A stretch of 64,000 nt of DNA. Source: Gemmatimonadaceae bacterium (GTDB lineage Bacteria > Gemmatimonadota > Gemmatimonadetes > Gemmatimonadales > Gemmatimonadaceae). The notes beneath the pieces are model-generated. The model was given only the letters and a program-made list of their open reading frames with translations. It was not told the origin of the DNA and searched no databases. Numbering within the stretch: the stretch's first letter is position 1; the number at the start of each line of letters is the position of its first letter. The stretch lies in assembly GCA_035652495.1 (NCBI GenBank), contig DASRDS010000204.1, positions 3,214 through 67,213 on the forward strand. Reading direction: 5' to 3'. The translations under genes and the position numbers were made by a program. This document shows, piece after piece, positions 19,889-28,839 of this stretch.

Positions 19889-20883
19889 TGACCAGGCCAT
19901 CGCTCGTCGCTTCCGTACTGCTGGCTGTCGCGTGCGTCGGATTCGGGATCGCGAGCCCGTCCGCGCAGCAGGCGCCGCGCACGTACCAGTTCCACGGCAC
20001 GGTCGAAGCCGTAGATCCCGCGGCACGGACCGTCACCGTCAACGGCGAGAACGTCGTCGGCTGGATGTCAGCGATGACGATGGTGTACCGCCTCGACAAG
20101 CCGGAAACGATCGGTCAGCTGAAGGCTGGCCAACGTATCACGGCGACCGTGCACGATGGCGACTTCACGACGCTGTACGACGTCCGCATCGTCGGGACGA
20201 AGGCGGCCGAGCCGGCCGTCGATCTGCCGCCGCTGTCGTACGTCTGCCCCTCGCCTGGCGAGGAGGCGTACGTCGACGACAAGCCCGGCAAGTGTCCCAA
20301 GTCCGGCGCGGCGCTCGTGCCGCGCCGGCTCGTCACCGCCTACTCGTGTCTGAAGGTGCAGCTCGTCATTCGGGAGGCTCCAGGCACGTGTCCGATCGAC
20401 CACACGCCGCTCGTGCCGATCACGGCGGCGCTGTACTTCACCTGCGCGGCCGATAAGAAGGTGCACGAGCTCACGCCGGGGACGTGCGCGGACGGCAGCG
20501 CGCGCATCAAGGCGTACGATCGCGTCCCGCACGGCGATCACAATCCGCGGCACGGTGGTCTGTTGTTCATGGCCTCGGACCAGTGGCATCACCTCGAAGG
20601 AACCTTCGTGGCGCCTGACGTCTTTCGGGTGTACTTCTACGACGACATGACACGGCCGATGTCGCCGGCAGGAATGACGGCGAGCGTGTCGCGGGCGGAT
20701 GCCAACGGTACGCCCGTCGGATCCGCGCAGCCGCTCTCGGCGGGCGCCGATCCGAGCACCCTGGAAGTGCGCATCGCCGGCGCGACGCCGCCGCTGAATC
20801 TCAAGCTTCGCGTGGCGTTCAAGGCCGGCGATGCCGCCCAGGCATTTGACTTCACCTTTCCGGCGTACTCGAAGGAACGATGA
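19888..20883 (+). CDS. exported multi-domain metal-binding protein (CusF-like + degenerate HMBD repeats + His-rich C-domain)
   Basis: [37 protein letters not shown] (CusF-like M..M). Three Cys-pair repeats: [60 protein letters not shown]. Then [24 protein letters not shown]. The ATG overlaps the copC stop. Confidence 0.7.
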   Translation: MTRPSLVASVLLAVACVGFGIASPSAQQAPRTYQFHGTVEAVDPAARTVTVNGENVVGWMSAMTMVYRLDKPETIGQLKAGQRITATVHDGDFTTLYDVRIVGTKAAEPAVDLPPLSYVCPSPGEEAYVDDKPGKCPKSGAALVPRRLVTAYSCLKVQLVIREAPGTCPIDHTPLVPITAALYFTCAADKKVHELTPGTCADGSARIKAYDRVPHGDHNPRHGGLLFMASDQWHHLEGTFVAPDVFRVYFYDDMTRPMSPAGMTASVSRADANGTPVGSAQPLSAGADPSTLEVRIAGATPPLNLKLRVAFKAGDAAQAFDFTFPAYSKER

Positions 20884-21782
20884 GCCGCTGCGCTTACGCG
20901 TCCATCGCCGTCATGACCGCGATCCTCGCCTGGACGGCGTGCGGGCGAGCGCCGGAGACGACGCGGTTCGCGCTGCCGCTGGGACCGGGGCCGGAGATCC
21001 GATTCGCCACCCACGGCGCCGTCGCATCGCGACCGGGCGTCGCTGCGCGCGGCCGGACGGTGGCGCTGGCGTGGTTCGCCAACTATGCCGGTACGACGGC
21101 GCTGTTCGTCACGACGAGCGACGACGGCGGCGGGACATTTAGACCGACCATTCGCGTCGTGACCTCGCCGGCGATCGATGCCGGCGAACCACCGCGCCTG
21201 CTGTTCGAACGCCCGGGCGAGACGCCGCGGCTTGTCGTCCGTTGGATCGAGCGCACCCGAAATGGCGCTGCCGTACGCTCGGCGCTGTCGACGAACGGCG
21301 GCGCCACGTTCGATCGCGACGCCGCCGATGCCGTGCGCCTGGTCTATACCGGCCCATCGGTCGACGACCCCGAGATTCCCGAGCGCGTGATCGCGGAGAT
21401 CGACCGACCAGACGCCGCGAACTGGCGCGGCGTCGTCGACGCCGACGGGACGCTCGTCCTGGCCTGGGACGAGTCGAACGGCGCGGATCGCCGCATCGCC
21501 CTGCAGCGTGTCGTCTTCAGCAACGACGGCGCGTTCACGCGGTTGCCGACGACGCCGGTGACTGCTTGGGGCGCGAACGCTCGGCCGGCGATCGCGACGA
21601 CGACGGGCGGCGTGATCGTGGCGTGGGTGGACGACCGAGCGGGCCGCTCGACGATTGCGCTGCGGCCCGTCGGCCTCGAGACGTTGTGCGCCGACCCCAA
21701 GGCCGCCGCGCCAGCGCCGCTGACCTTCGAGTGGGCACCGTGGCCGTCACACACGACGACGACGCATCGTCATCATGACTAA
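20880..21782 (+). CDS. BNR/Asp-box repeat lipoprotein (sialidase-like fold)
   Basis: Lipobox-like AWTACG. Asp-box motifs SDDGGGTF and STNGGATF. His-rich tail [10 protein letters not shown]. The start overlaps the upstream stop. Confidence 0.6.
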   Translation: MSRCAYASIAVMTAILAWTACGRAPETTRFALPLGPGPEIRFATHGAVASRPGVAARGRTVALAWFANYAGTTALFVTTSDDGGGTFRPTIRVVTSPAIDAGEPPRLLFERPGETPRLVVRWIERTRNGAAVRSALSTNGGATFDRDAADAVRLVYTGPSVDDPEIPERVIAEIDRPDAANWRGVVDADGTLVLAWDESNGADRRIALQRVVFSNDGAFTRLPTTPVTAWGANARPAIATTTGGVIVAWVDDRAGRSTIALRPVGLETLCADPKAAAPAPLTFEWAPWPSHTTTTHRHHD

Positions 21783-22155
21783 CACGATCGGCCGCCGCCT
21801 GCGTGTCGTTGTCGCGGCCGTCTGGATCGGCTACCGCGTGGCCGCGCTCGTCGCCGCGCCCGCGATCGTCTGGATCGACGCGGCGGGCGCCACGGTCGAG
21901 TGCCACTGCACGCATGGCGCCGATGCGACCTGTCCCATGCATCACCAGCCGGCGGGCGGCACGCGCGTCTGTGCGATGCAGGCCGCCGGCGACTGGGCGA
22001 CAGCGGCCGTCGAATCGATGCTCGGCCTGGCGGCGCCGCACGCGCAGCACGTCACGATCGACGCTGTACGATGTGGCGATCGGATTCACATCGCCGTCGT
22101 CACTCCGCTCCCGCTCCTCTCCGTTCCGCCCGATCATCCGCCTCCACGCGCGTAG
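21775..22155 (+). CDS. Cys/His-rich small membrane-anchored protein, paralog 2
   Basis: N-terminal helix, CHCTHGADATCPMHH, further Cys residues, C-terminus PPPRA. Same layout as 17969..18361. Overlaps the upstream gene by 8 nt. Confidence 0.6.
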   Translation: MTNTIGRRLRVVVAAVWIGYRVAALVAAPAIVWIDAAGATVECHCTHGADATCPMHHQPAGGTRVCAMQAAGDWATAAVESMLGLAAPHAQHVTIDAVRCGDRIHIAVVTPLPLLSVPPDHPPPRA

Positions 22156-22231
22156 CGCTTACCGGTAGTGCAGGCCTTCAAGCCTGCCCGACAGATTCAT
22201 TCGGTTTCAAAGGTTCGGGAGGAGTGTGCCC

Positions 22232-22612
22232 ATGAGCCGCATGGGACTTCGTCCGGCGATCGGCATCGGCATCGCGATCGCCGCGATCGGATGCAGCAGT
22301 CCGGCGCCGACCGCGGCCGTGGGTCGCGAGCTGTACGCGTCGAACGGCTGCGCGAGCTGTCACGGCGCAAACGGGCACGGCGACGGACCGGTCGCGAAGA
22401 CGCTGGTGCCGCCGCCGCGCGACTTTCGCGACGCGTCGGCGTTCAAGAACGGCACCGACGTGGCCGCGATCGCGACGACGCTGGAAAGCGGGTTGTCGAG
22501 CAATGGCGGCAGCATGCCGTCGTTCCGCCACCTGACGCGCGACGAACGCGCGTCGCTGGCGTTGTATGTCATTTCCCTGCGGACGACGCAGGCATCGAAG
22601 GAGCAGCCATGA
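22232..22612 (+). CDS. class I c-type cytochrome lipoprotein
   Basis: Lipobox AAIGCSS, haem motif CASCHG, distal Met region GGSMPSF. GGAGG lies 7-8 nt upstream of ATG 22232. Confidence 0.8.
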   Translation: MSRMGLRPAIGIGIAIAAIGCSSPAPTAAVGRELYASNGCASCHGANGHGDGPVAKTLVPPPRDFRDASAFKNGTDVAAIATTLESGLSSNGGSMPSFRHLTRDERASLALYVISLRTTQASKEQP

Positions 22613-23058
22613 AACGTTTACTGCAGTGGACGATCACGAGCGCGTGTCTTGCGGCAGCTGCTATCTGCATCGCGCACGCGCAGACGCAGACCGTCACCGC
22701 CCACGATGCGTGGACGCGCGAGCCCGCGCCCTCGCGCGACATCACCGCCGTGTTCGTCGTGCTCGAAAACACAGGCCAGGCCGCGCGCGCGGTCGTGTCG
22801 GCCACGTGCGACGCCGCGGACAAAGCGGAACTCCACGAGATGAAGAACGAGAACGGCATGATGCGCATGTCGCCCGTCAAGTCGATTCCGTTGCCGGCCG
22901 GCAAGACCGAGCTCAAGCCCGGCGGGCTGCACATCATGCTCTTCGGTCTGAAGCAGCGACCCGCCGTCGGCGATCATCTCAACGTTACGCTGACGCTGGA
23001 CGACGGATCCAAGGTGCCGCTATCGGCGGTCGTGCGCAAACAGGAGTCGATGCAATGA
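22609..23058 (+). CDS. PCuAC (DUF461) periplasmic copper chaperone
   Basis: Signal peptide, ELHEMKNENGMMRMSPV and GGLHIMLFGL motifs typical of PCuAC. ATGA overlap with the cytochrome c stop. Confidence 0.8.
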   Translation: MKRLLQWTITSACLAAAAICIAHAQTQTVTAHDAWTREPAPSRDITAVFVVLENTGQAARAVVSATCDAADKAELHEMKNENGMMRMSPVKSIPLPAGKTELKPGGLHIMLFGLKQRPAVGDHLNVTLTLDDGSKVPLSAVVRKQESMQ

Positions 23059-23654
23059 CGCCCTGGCGCCGCGCCCGTCTCGTCTTCGCGTTCGCGACGG
23101 CCGCCGCCGTCGCCGCCGCGTGCTCGTCGTCCGCTCCGCCGCCGATCGATTCGATCGGCGGCGACTTCTCGCTCACCGATCACAATGGCGGCCGGTTCGA
23201 GCTCTCGTCTCTCAGACACAAGGCCGTTCTCATCTTCTTCGGCTACACGTACTGCCCGGATGCGTGCCCGACGACGCTGTCCAAGCTGGGATCGGTCTAC
23301 CGGCGACTGGGCGATGACGCGAAGCGCGTCAAGACGCTCTATGTCTCGGTCGATCCCGAGCGCGACACGCCGGCCGTGCTCAAAGCCGATCTGGCGAACT
23401 TCAGCGTCGACGCGCTGGGGCTCACGGGCACGAAAGCGCAGATCGACCGGGTCGTCGCGATGTACGGGGCGGCGTACCGCATCGAGCCGACGCCGGAGTC
23501 CGCGGCGAAGTACACGGTCTCGCACACGACGACGCTCTACTTGCTCGACGGCCGAGGGCAGACGCGGATCCGCTTCCGGTACGAGGCGGGTGTCGACGAG
23601 ATCGTCAAAGGCATTCGCTCGGTCCTCGCCAGCCGCGACGCGGACATCTCATGA
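23055..23654 (+). CDS. SCO1/SenC family copper chaperone / thiol-disulfide oxidoreductase
   Basis: Lipobox AAACSS, FFGYTYCPDACPTT (CxxxC), downstream conserved His (VSHTTTLYLLD). The start overlaps the PCuAC stop. Confidence 0.85.
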   Translation: MTPWRRARLVFAFATAAAVAAACSSSAPPPIDSIGGDFSLTDHNGGRFELSSLRHKAVLIFFGYTYCPDACPTTLSKLGSVYRRLGDDAKRVKTLYVSVDPERDTPAVLKADLANFSVDALGLTGTKAQIDRVVAMYGAAYRIEPTPESAAKYTVSHTTTLYLLDGRGQTRIRFRYEAGVDEIVKGIRSVLASRDADIS

Positions 23655-24564
23655 TGCGCGCGCTGATCCTCGCGGCCGCCTTCCTCGCCGCCGCCGGTAC
23701 GAAGTCGGCGATCCCGCGGACCGCTGACGGACATCCCGACCTGCAGGGCACGTGGGACAACGCGACGGTGACGCCGCTCGAGCGTCCGAAGGAATTCGCG
23801 GACAAGCCGTACTTCACCGAAGCCGAGGCCGCGGATTTCGTCGCCCATGGCCTCGACCGCTTCATCGCCGCACGGGGCGAGGTGGAGCTCAAGGTCAACG
23901 GCGAAATCAACGGCATCTGGTCCGGGCCGGCGCGTGTCGGCCCGAGCCTGCGGACGTCGATTGTCACCGATCCGCCGGACGGACGGCTGCCGCCGCTGAC
24001 GCCGGAGACGCAGGCGCGCATGCAGGCGCGCATGGCCGAGCGGCGCGCGCATCCGTTCGACAACCCGGAGGATCTCACGCTCGGCGAACGCTGCCTGATG
24101 TGGGGCGCCGGGCCGCCGATGATGCCTGTGCCGCAGAACAGCAACCTGCAGATTGTGCAAACGCGCGATGCGATTGTCTTCGAGACCGAGATGGTTCACG
24201 AAGCGCGCATCGTGCCGTTCGACGGACGTCCGCATCTGCCGGCGGCGATCCGGCAGATGACCGGCGATTCACGCGGACACTGGGAGGGTGACGCACTCCT
24301 CGTCGAGACGACGAACTTCACGGCGAAGACGGAGCTGCGCGGAACGACTGCGGAGCGTCATGTCGTGGAGCGATTTACGATGACGGACGCCGACACCATT
24401 CAGTACCAGTTCACGGTGGACGATCGGCCGCATTCGCACGTCCGTGGACCGGGGAGGTGTATCTCGTGCGGACGCAGGATCGGATCTTCGAGTATGCGTG
24501 CCACGAAGCGAACTACTCGATGGCGCTGATCCTCCAGGGGGCTCGCGCGGAAGACAAGCGATGA
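23651..24564 (+). pseudogene. conserved exported hypothetical protein with an apparent frameshift near 24420-24430
   Basis: The track ORF 23651..24529 ends in Arg/Ser-rich junk after ...QFTVDD. The next frame reads AAFARPWTGEVYLVRTQDRIFEYACHEANYSMALILQGARAEDKR with a stop at 24562-24564, which looks like the genuine C-terminus. Confidence 0.6.
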
Positions 24565-24577
24565 ACCGCGTGACGCC

Positions 24578-24698
24578 GTGCTCCTCGCCGATGACGAGAC
24601 CCTGCTCGAGATCGTCAGGGATCGTGTGGATCGAGGCGCAGGACTACGACGTGCGGATCCATTCGGCGGCGGGGCGGGCGGTCTCTCGTGTCATTCGA
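24578..24698 (+). pseudogene. tiny remnant of a LytTR-type response regulator
   Basis: VLLADDETLLEIV (receiver N-terminus pattern) in one frame, followed by IVWIEAQDYDVRIHSAAGRAVSRVIR (LytTR core pattern) in another. No start codon, and the total is only about 120 nt. Confidence 0.35.
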
Positions 24699-25221
24699 AC
24701 GGGTACTTCGGAGGCAGGATGTTGTTCAGGCGCAGGTAGACTTCGCACTGTCCGCGCGTGTGGGCCATGTGGGCGAAACCGCCTTCGAACGCCTCGTAGC
24801 CTGTCTCCTCGATATTCGCGAACTTGACGGTCCGACTGAGCTGTTCTTCGGTCGCCGCCTTCAGCGCCGTGATCACGAACGCTTCGGAGGCGTGAAGATA
24901 CGCGAGAATTTGCGCCTTGTCGGTGGTGCCCCTCGGCAGCGGCTCCGGTCCTTTCAGTCCCGTGACGAGCGCCGCCATCCCGATGTTGAACACGCCGATG
25001 TGCGTGGCCAACCCGCCGTAGTTGCGCTCCGTCGGTTTGGCCGTCGACGGCGGGATGTACGCGAACGCGTCGGCGGGCATCGCATCCACCACGGTGTAGG
25101 TGAACGCATAGGAGCTCGCCCAATGCTTGAGGGCATTGGCCTTCCAGTCGTAGTTGGCCGCCCTCACCGGGAAGGCCGCGATCGCGCACAGCGCGAGCGT
25201 GACGAGAATGATTCTTCGCAT
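24691..25221 (-). CDS. DinB-family protein, exported
   Basis: ATG 25221 gives MRRIILVTLALCAIAAFPVRA (signal). Helical bundle with His residues (ATHIGVF, FAHMAHTRGQ) typical of the DinB/YfiT-like fold. Confidence 0.65.
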   Translation of the reverse strand: MRRIILVTLALCAIAAFPVRAANYDWKANALKHWASSYAFTYTVVDAMPADAFAYIPPSTAKPTERNYGGLATHIGVFNIGMAALVTGLKGPEPLPRGTTDKAQILAYLHASEAFVITALKAATEEQLSRTVKFANIEETGYEAFEGGFAHMAHTRGQCEVYLRLNNILPPKYPFE

Positions 25222-25282
25222 AGACTCACACTGTATAGTCGCCGTTGGTCGAACGCAATCGATCGCGGAAAAGGAGCGACAC

Positions 25283-25927
25283 ATGCCGGTACCCGATCGG
25301 CGGAGTTTTCTCGCTGCAATGTCCGGGCTCGCAGTGCTGCCCGCGCTGGCGACCGCTGGCGAACTCGACCAGGCGCAGGCGCCGCAAACGTGGGACCTGT
25401 CCTGGCTGGATTCGTTCAAAGGCAAACACAAGCAGCTCTTTGACATGGGCGGCGCGGACGTGAATGGCGACTCGACGCTGCGCATGCCGTCGAACTACCT
25501 GGCGTTGGCGAAGGAAGTGCTGAAGATGGAGCCGCCCGACGTCAACGTCGCGATCGGCATCCAGCAGACGGCGTTCCCCTTTCTCGCGAGCGACGCGTTG
25601 TGGCCGAAACTCAAGATCGGCGAGCTGTGGAAGATCAAGGATCCCCGGACAGGTCAGCCGGCGCAGCGCAATATCTTCCTCGGGCAAGCGGGCGGCGCTC
25701 CGACGAACACGATCCTCTCGCTGCAGGAGCGCGGCGCCATCTTCTGGCAGTGCAACATGGCGTTGTTCGGCGTCGCGGGGATGATCGCACAGGCGGTCAA
25801 TCGGCCAATGCCCGAGGTGCGCGCCGAGCTCATCGCCGGGTTCGTCCCAGGCGTGAAGCTCGTGCCGGCGCACACGCTGCTCGTCGGCCTTGTGCAGGAG
25901 CGCGGGTTCACGTACCAGCGCGTCTGA
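25283..25927 (+). CDS. Tat-signal exported hypothetical protein
   Basis: AAGGAG upstream of ATG 25283. Twin-arginine motif DRRSFLAAMSGLAVLPALA. No family recognised. Confidence 0.65.
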   Translation: MPVPDRRSFLAAMSGLAVLPALATAGELDQAQAPQTWDLSWLDSFKGKHKQLFDMGGADVNGDSTLRMPSNYLALAKEVLKMEPPDVNVAIGIQQTAFPFLASDALWPKLKIGELWKIKDPRTGQPAQRNIFLGQAGGAPTNTILSLQERGAIFWQCNMALFGVAGMIAQAVNRPMPEVRAELIAGFVPGVKLVPAHTLLVGLVQERGFTYQRV

Positions 25928-26029
25928 GAGCGGGCGCCGGGCGTCAGGACGACGGTTGGCGATCTGATAGACCTCGCGCGAGCGTGCACTCGCGGTCCGT
26001 CATCTCGACGCCTTCCATCGGCTGGTGCT

Positions 26030-26247
26030 TTGCGCATCAACCAGAAGGAGACGATCGCGGTCAGTCCAAATGCCGCCGCCAGGGCAGTCAGGGCGCGGTC
26101 GAGCGGCGCCGTGTCGCGCAGCCACGGCCACACCGAAAGCGTCGTTCCCGCGACGCCGAAACCGAGCAGCGCAGTCGAGATCACGAGGAATCCGAAGTGA
26201 TACCAGAGCGCCACCGAGAGGACACGGGGCAGCGACAGTTCGAGCAA
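26030..26247 (-). pseudogene. N-terminal fragment of a polytopic membrane protein
   Basis: LELSLPRVLSVALWYHFGFLVISTALLGFGVAGTTLSVWPWL resembles the N-terminal TM region of spermidine-synthase-like membrane proteins. After about 70 aa the reading frame degenerates and runs into the neighbouring gene. Confidence 0.35.
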
Positions 26248-26321
26248 CAGTGTTGTTCCCGCCCAGCACAGCAGTCCGGCGAGACGACGATTCCCGGCGT
26301 CGACGAACGTTCGGTAATGCC

Positions 26322-26861
26322 AACCATGTCCTGTCCAAGGACATGACGAGACAGATGCTCACCGCCGGCATGGGTCATTGGGGATTGGGACTTGAGATCG
26401 GAGGGCCTGATGCCAACCTGTACTTTTCGCACGGGGGCGACAATGCAGGCTTCCACAACAACTTTCTTCTCTACGAGAAGAGCGGCAACGGGTTCGTTGT
26501 AATGACCAAATGGGACAACGGCAACTTGCTCGCCGACGAGATCATGCATAGCGTCGCCAATGAACACAGCTGGGCCGATTTCCGGCCGACCGTGCGTGCC
26601 TCGATCCATGTCGATCCGAAGATCCTTGCAACCTACGCGGGTTCCTATGAATCGAAAGACTTCAAACAGGTTGTCACCGTCGAGAACGGACAACTGATGG
26701 GGCTGGCCTATGGACAGCCCTTTCCGCTCTACGCCGAAAGCGAAACCAGGTTCTTCTTTACCGTCATTCCCGGCGATTTCGACTTCGTTCAAGACGAGCA
26801 CGGTAACGTGACCTCGTTGGTGCTGCACCAGAATGGCCACGACTGGAGGGCGACGAAAAAA
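26322..26861 (+). pseudogene. C-terminal fragment of a beta-lactamase-family serine hydrolase (with DUF3471-like tail)
   Basis: LYFSHGGDNAGFHNNFLLYEKSGNGFVVMTK (KTG-region equivalent) and VDPKILATYAGSYES...ENGQLMGLAYGQPFPLYAESETRFFFTV. No SxxK N-terminal half, no start codon, and no proper stop. Confidence 0.6.
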
Positions 26862-27098
26862 ATAGCTGCCTGGAAAACTCGTCGCACCTTTCGCGCCCTT
26901 CCTTGGCGTCGTCGGCATGTCCGGCTTCGAGCCCACAGCGCGAATCTTCAGTGGCTCAGGGATAGACCATCTTCGAGCAGAATCGAATCGTTCCGGATCC
27001 AGTCACACTTTTGGCCGGTCAGGAATCCTCATCAAATAGCTCCGCGAAGCCAACGAGCTCCCCGGCCTCGCGACCGCCAGGCCAATCGACTGCCCGCG

Positions 27099-27334
27099 CC
27101 CATCGACGCGACGATCGTTCGGCTGAAGCGCGAGTACCCGGGCTAGGGCGCGCCCAAGATCCGCGAGAGGCTGCGGCAGCAGATCGCGTCGGTCCAGCTC
27201 CTGCGATCGGCGAGCGGATCTGGCTCGTCACCTTCATGCGCGACGATTTGGGCTACTTCGACGACGAGGTGGGACGGGTCGAGCCGATCGAGAATCCCTT
27301 CGGCTCGAAAGTGTTACCTATGTGCTCGGAATAA
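27099..27334 (+). mobile_element. IS481-like transposase remnant (internally deleted, with in-frame TAG)
   Basis: N-terminal piece PIDATIVRLKREYPG-TAG-GAPKIRERLRQQ, with TAG where family members have Trp. It is joined in another frame to the C-terminal piece IWLVTFMRDDLGYFDDEVGRVEPIENPFGSKVLPMCSE. Confidence 0.65.
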
Positions 27335-27371
27335 TCCGTCACCCATGTGACCGGAACATACCTCTGGGGAT

Positions 27372-27416
27372 TGGCTCCTCAGGTTGGACTCGAACCAACA
27401 ACCCTCCGGTTAACAG
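27372..27416 (-). repeat. tRNA-Asn(GUU) 3' half, copy A (att-like)
   Basis: The reverse complement reads CTGTTAA-CCGGA-GGGTT-GTTGG-TTCGAGT-CCAAC-CTGAGGA-G-CCA: anticodon loop, 3' anticodon stem, variable loop, T-arm, 3' acceptor, CCA. The upstream sequence cannot form the 5' half. Confidence 0.8.
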
Positions 27417-27525
27417 GGCTATTCAGGTCGGGAGGAACACCAACTCCTCCCAATTCGAACCAATGTTTATAGGGTGTTCCCCCTTTGATGTGCGGGGGGG
27501 GGTTTGGCGCCTGTCTTCAAGAGTC

Positions 27526-27544
27526 CACGGACAAAACACGGACA
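27526..27544. repeat. 19-nt direct repeat CACGGACAAAACACGGACA, copy 1
   Basis: Exact copy of 33051..33069. Confidence 0.8.
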
Positions 27545-27600
27545 AATTCTGATTCTGGAACCGAACGGGTTCTCCTCCAGCGACGAGGCGTTTCAAAAAC

Positions 27601-28191
27601 TTACTGGCATGACCCGGAGAGAAGCACGAACGATGTGATCGTTCCGGTCGCGACAAACCTCAAGTTGCTGTTCGGTGGTACGTTTGGACCTGTCGTCCGA
27701 GATACGCCGACGTTGCCGTCCAACTCGAAGACGACCGAGCCAGAGGTAACCATAAAGTCTTCGCGGAGCGCGTTGCTGCCCAGCGCAATTGATGAGAAAT
27801 CGACGGTGGGAACATCGGGAACCGGGAAAGCGGCCGTAGCACTCTGCCAGTTCTCCTTACACGCACCACTTCCGAGCAAGACATCGCCGTTGAACAGGCG
27901 GCACGACATCGCGGGCACGTCGGGCGACAGCGGAAATGGCAGGAACGGCACCTCGGTGTCTAGAAAATCCGTGTCGGTGGTAGGCGGCACGGAGAAGTTC
28001 ATCCTAAGCGTCTGACCCGCATTCAGTATCAGTGAACTCCTCATCGATAACGCGGAGCACCCAGTGCTCGAAGGTTGCAATGACGTGGTGTGACTGCAAG
28101 CGGCCTCGCATACGGCTAACAACAAGAGGACAGCGTGGCGATCTCGCAAAAACGCCACTATGCGCCTCACTAGCGCCCTCGTCGCCTTCAC
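27601..28191 (-). CDS. hypothetical lipoprotein/exported protein
   Basis: 196 aa. Signal plus lipobox-like LLLLAVCEAACS. Non-repetitive composition in a lower-GC context. Confidence 0.5.
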   Translation of the reverse strand: MKATRALVRRIVAFLRDRHAVLLLLAVCEAACSHTTSLQPSSTGCSALSMRSSLILNAGQTLRMNFSVPPTTDTDFLDTEVPFLPFPLSPDVPAMSCRLFNGDVLLGSGACKENWQSATAAFPVPDVPTVDFSSIALGSNALREDFMVTSGSVVFELDGNVGVSRTTGPNVPPNSNLRFVATGTITSFVLLSGSCQ

Positions 28192-28839
28192 GCGACGGAT
28201 TCTATCGAAACCCGTTCACCCGATTGAATTACAACGTTGAGCATTTTTCTTCGATTTGTCCTCAAAACGGCCGGTTGCCAACCGGACGTGCGACTGTAAG
28301 CTATTGAATCAGAGCACCCTGCGAACGGCTGTCCGCGAATTGTCCGTGTCGTTGAAGTCCCCTCCAGGCAGCTCGTTCTGAGCGTGCGCCACTTCCGGCT
28401 CAACCGACTCGAAGGGACTCGATTTCAACTTGCCCCTTGCGCGGGATCGCGCATGTCGGGTCGGCGGATTTTCGATTTGGGTCCCATCCATGCTTTGAGG
28501 CGGAGACGTGCGTGTCGGTGCGAGAGGGACCCGCCGGGAAGAGACTGGTCACCGAATGAGCCATGCACCGATGACGCCGATTACGCCGAGAACGCAGGCC
28601 GTCAGATACACCCACCCGATTGGCCGTCGATACTTGGGCGGCACAGCCATGATCGTCATGCGGGGCAGTCTACCAGCGTGTGCAGCGCAGTCAAGCGTGA
28701 CCATCGAAACTCGACTCGTAGGCTTGCAGAAAACCGGTCAGAGTCCCTTCGGTGGGCCCCCAAGTTAGCTGCGCCTCCGTCTGGGCATGCGCGGAATCTC
28801 GCATGTGTCGCAATTTGCACGATTTCGATGGCGCCTTTG

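Noticed and set aside
27372-27450. A complete tRNA gene at any of the three tRNA-like sites
   Set aside because: I checked the sequence 5' of each anticodon loop. None provides the complementary anticodon-stem strand (TCCGG), a D-arm or the TCCTCAG acceptor strand, so these are 3' halves only.
27494-27502. G9 homopolymer as a phase-variation (contingency) tract
   Set aside because: It lies in non-coding debris between the tRNA fragment and the 19-nt repeat, with no gene or promoter it could switch.
28549-28659. 36-aa single-TM ORF (MTIMAVPPKYRRPIGWVYLTACVLGVIGVIGAWLIR) on the minus strand
   Set aside because: It is plausible as a small membrane protein, but there is no SD, no partner gene and no conservation evidence available, so it is left unannotated.
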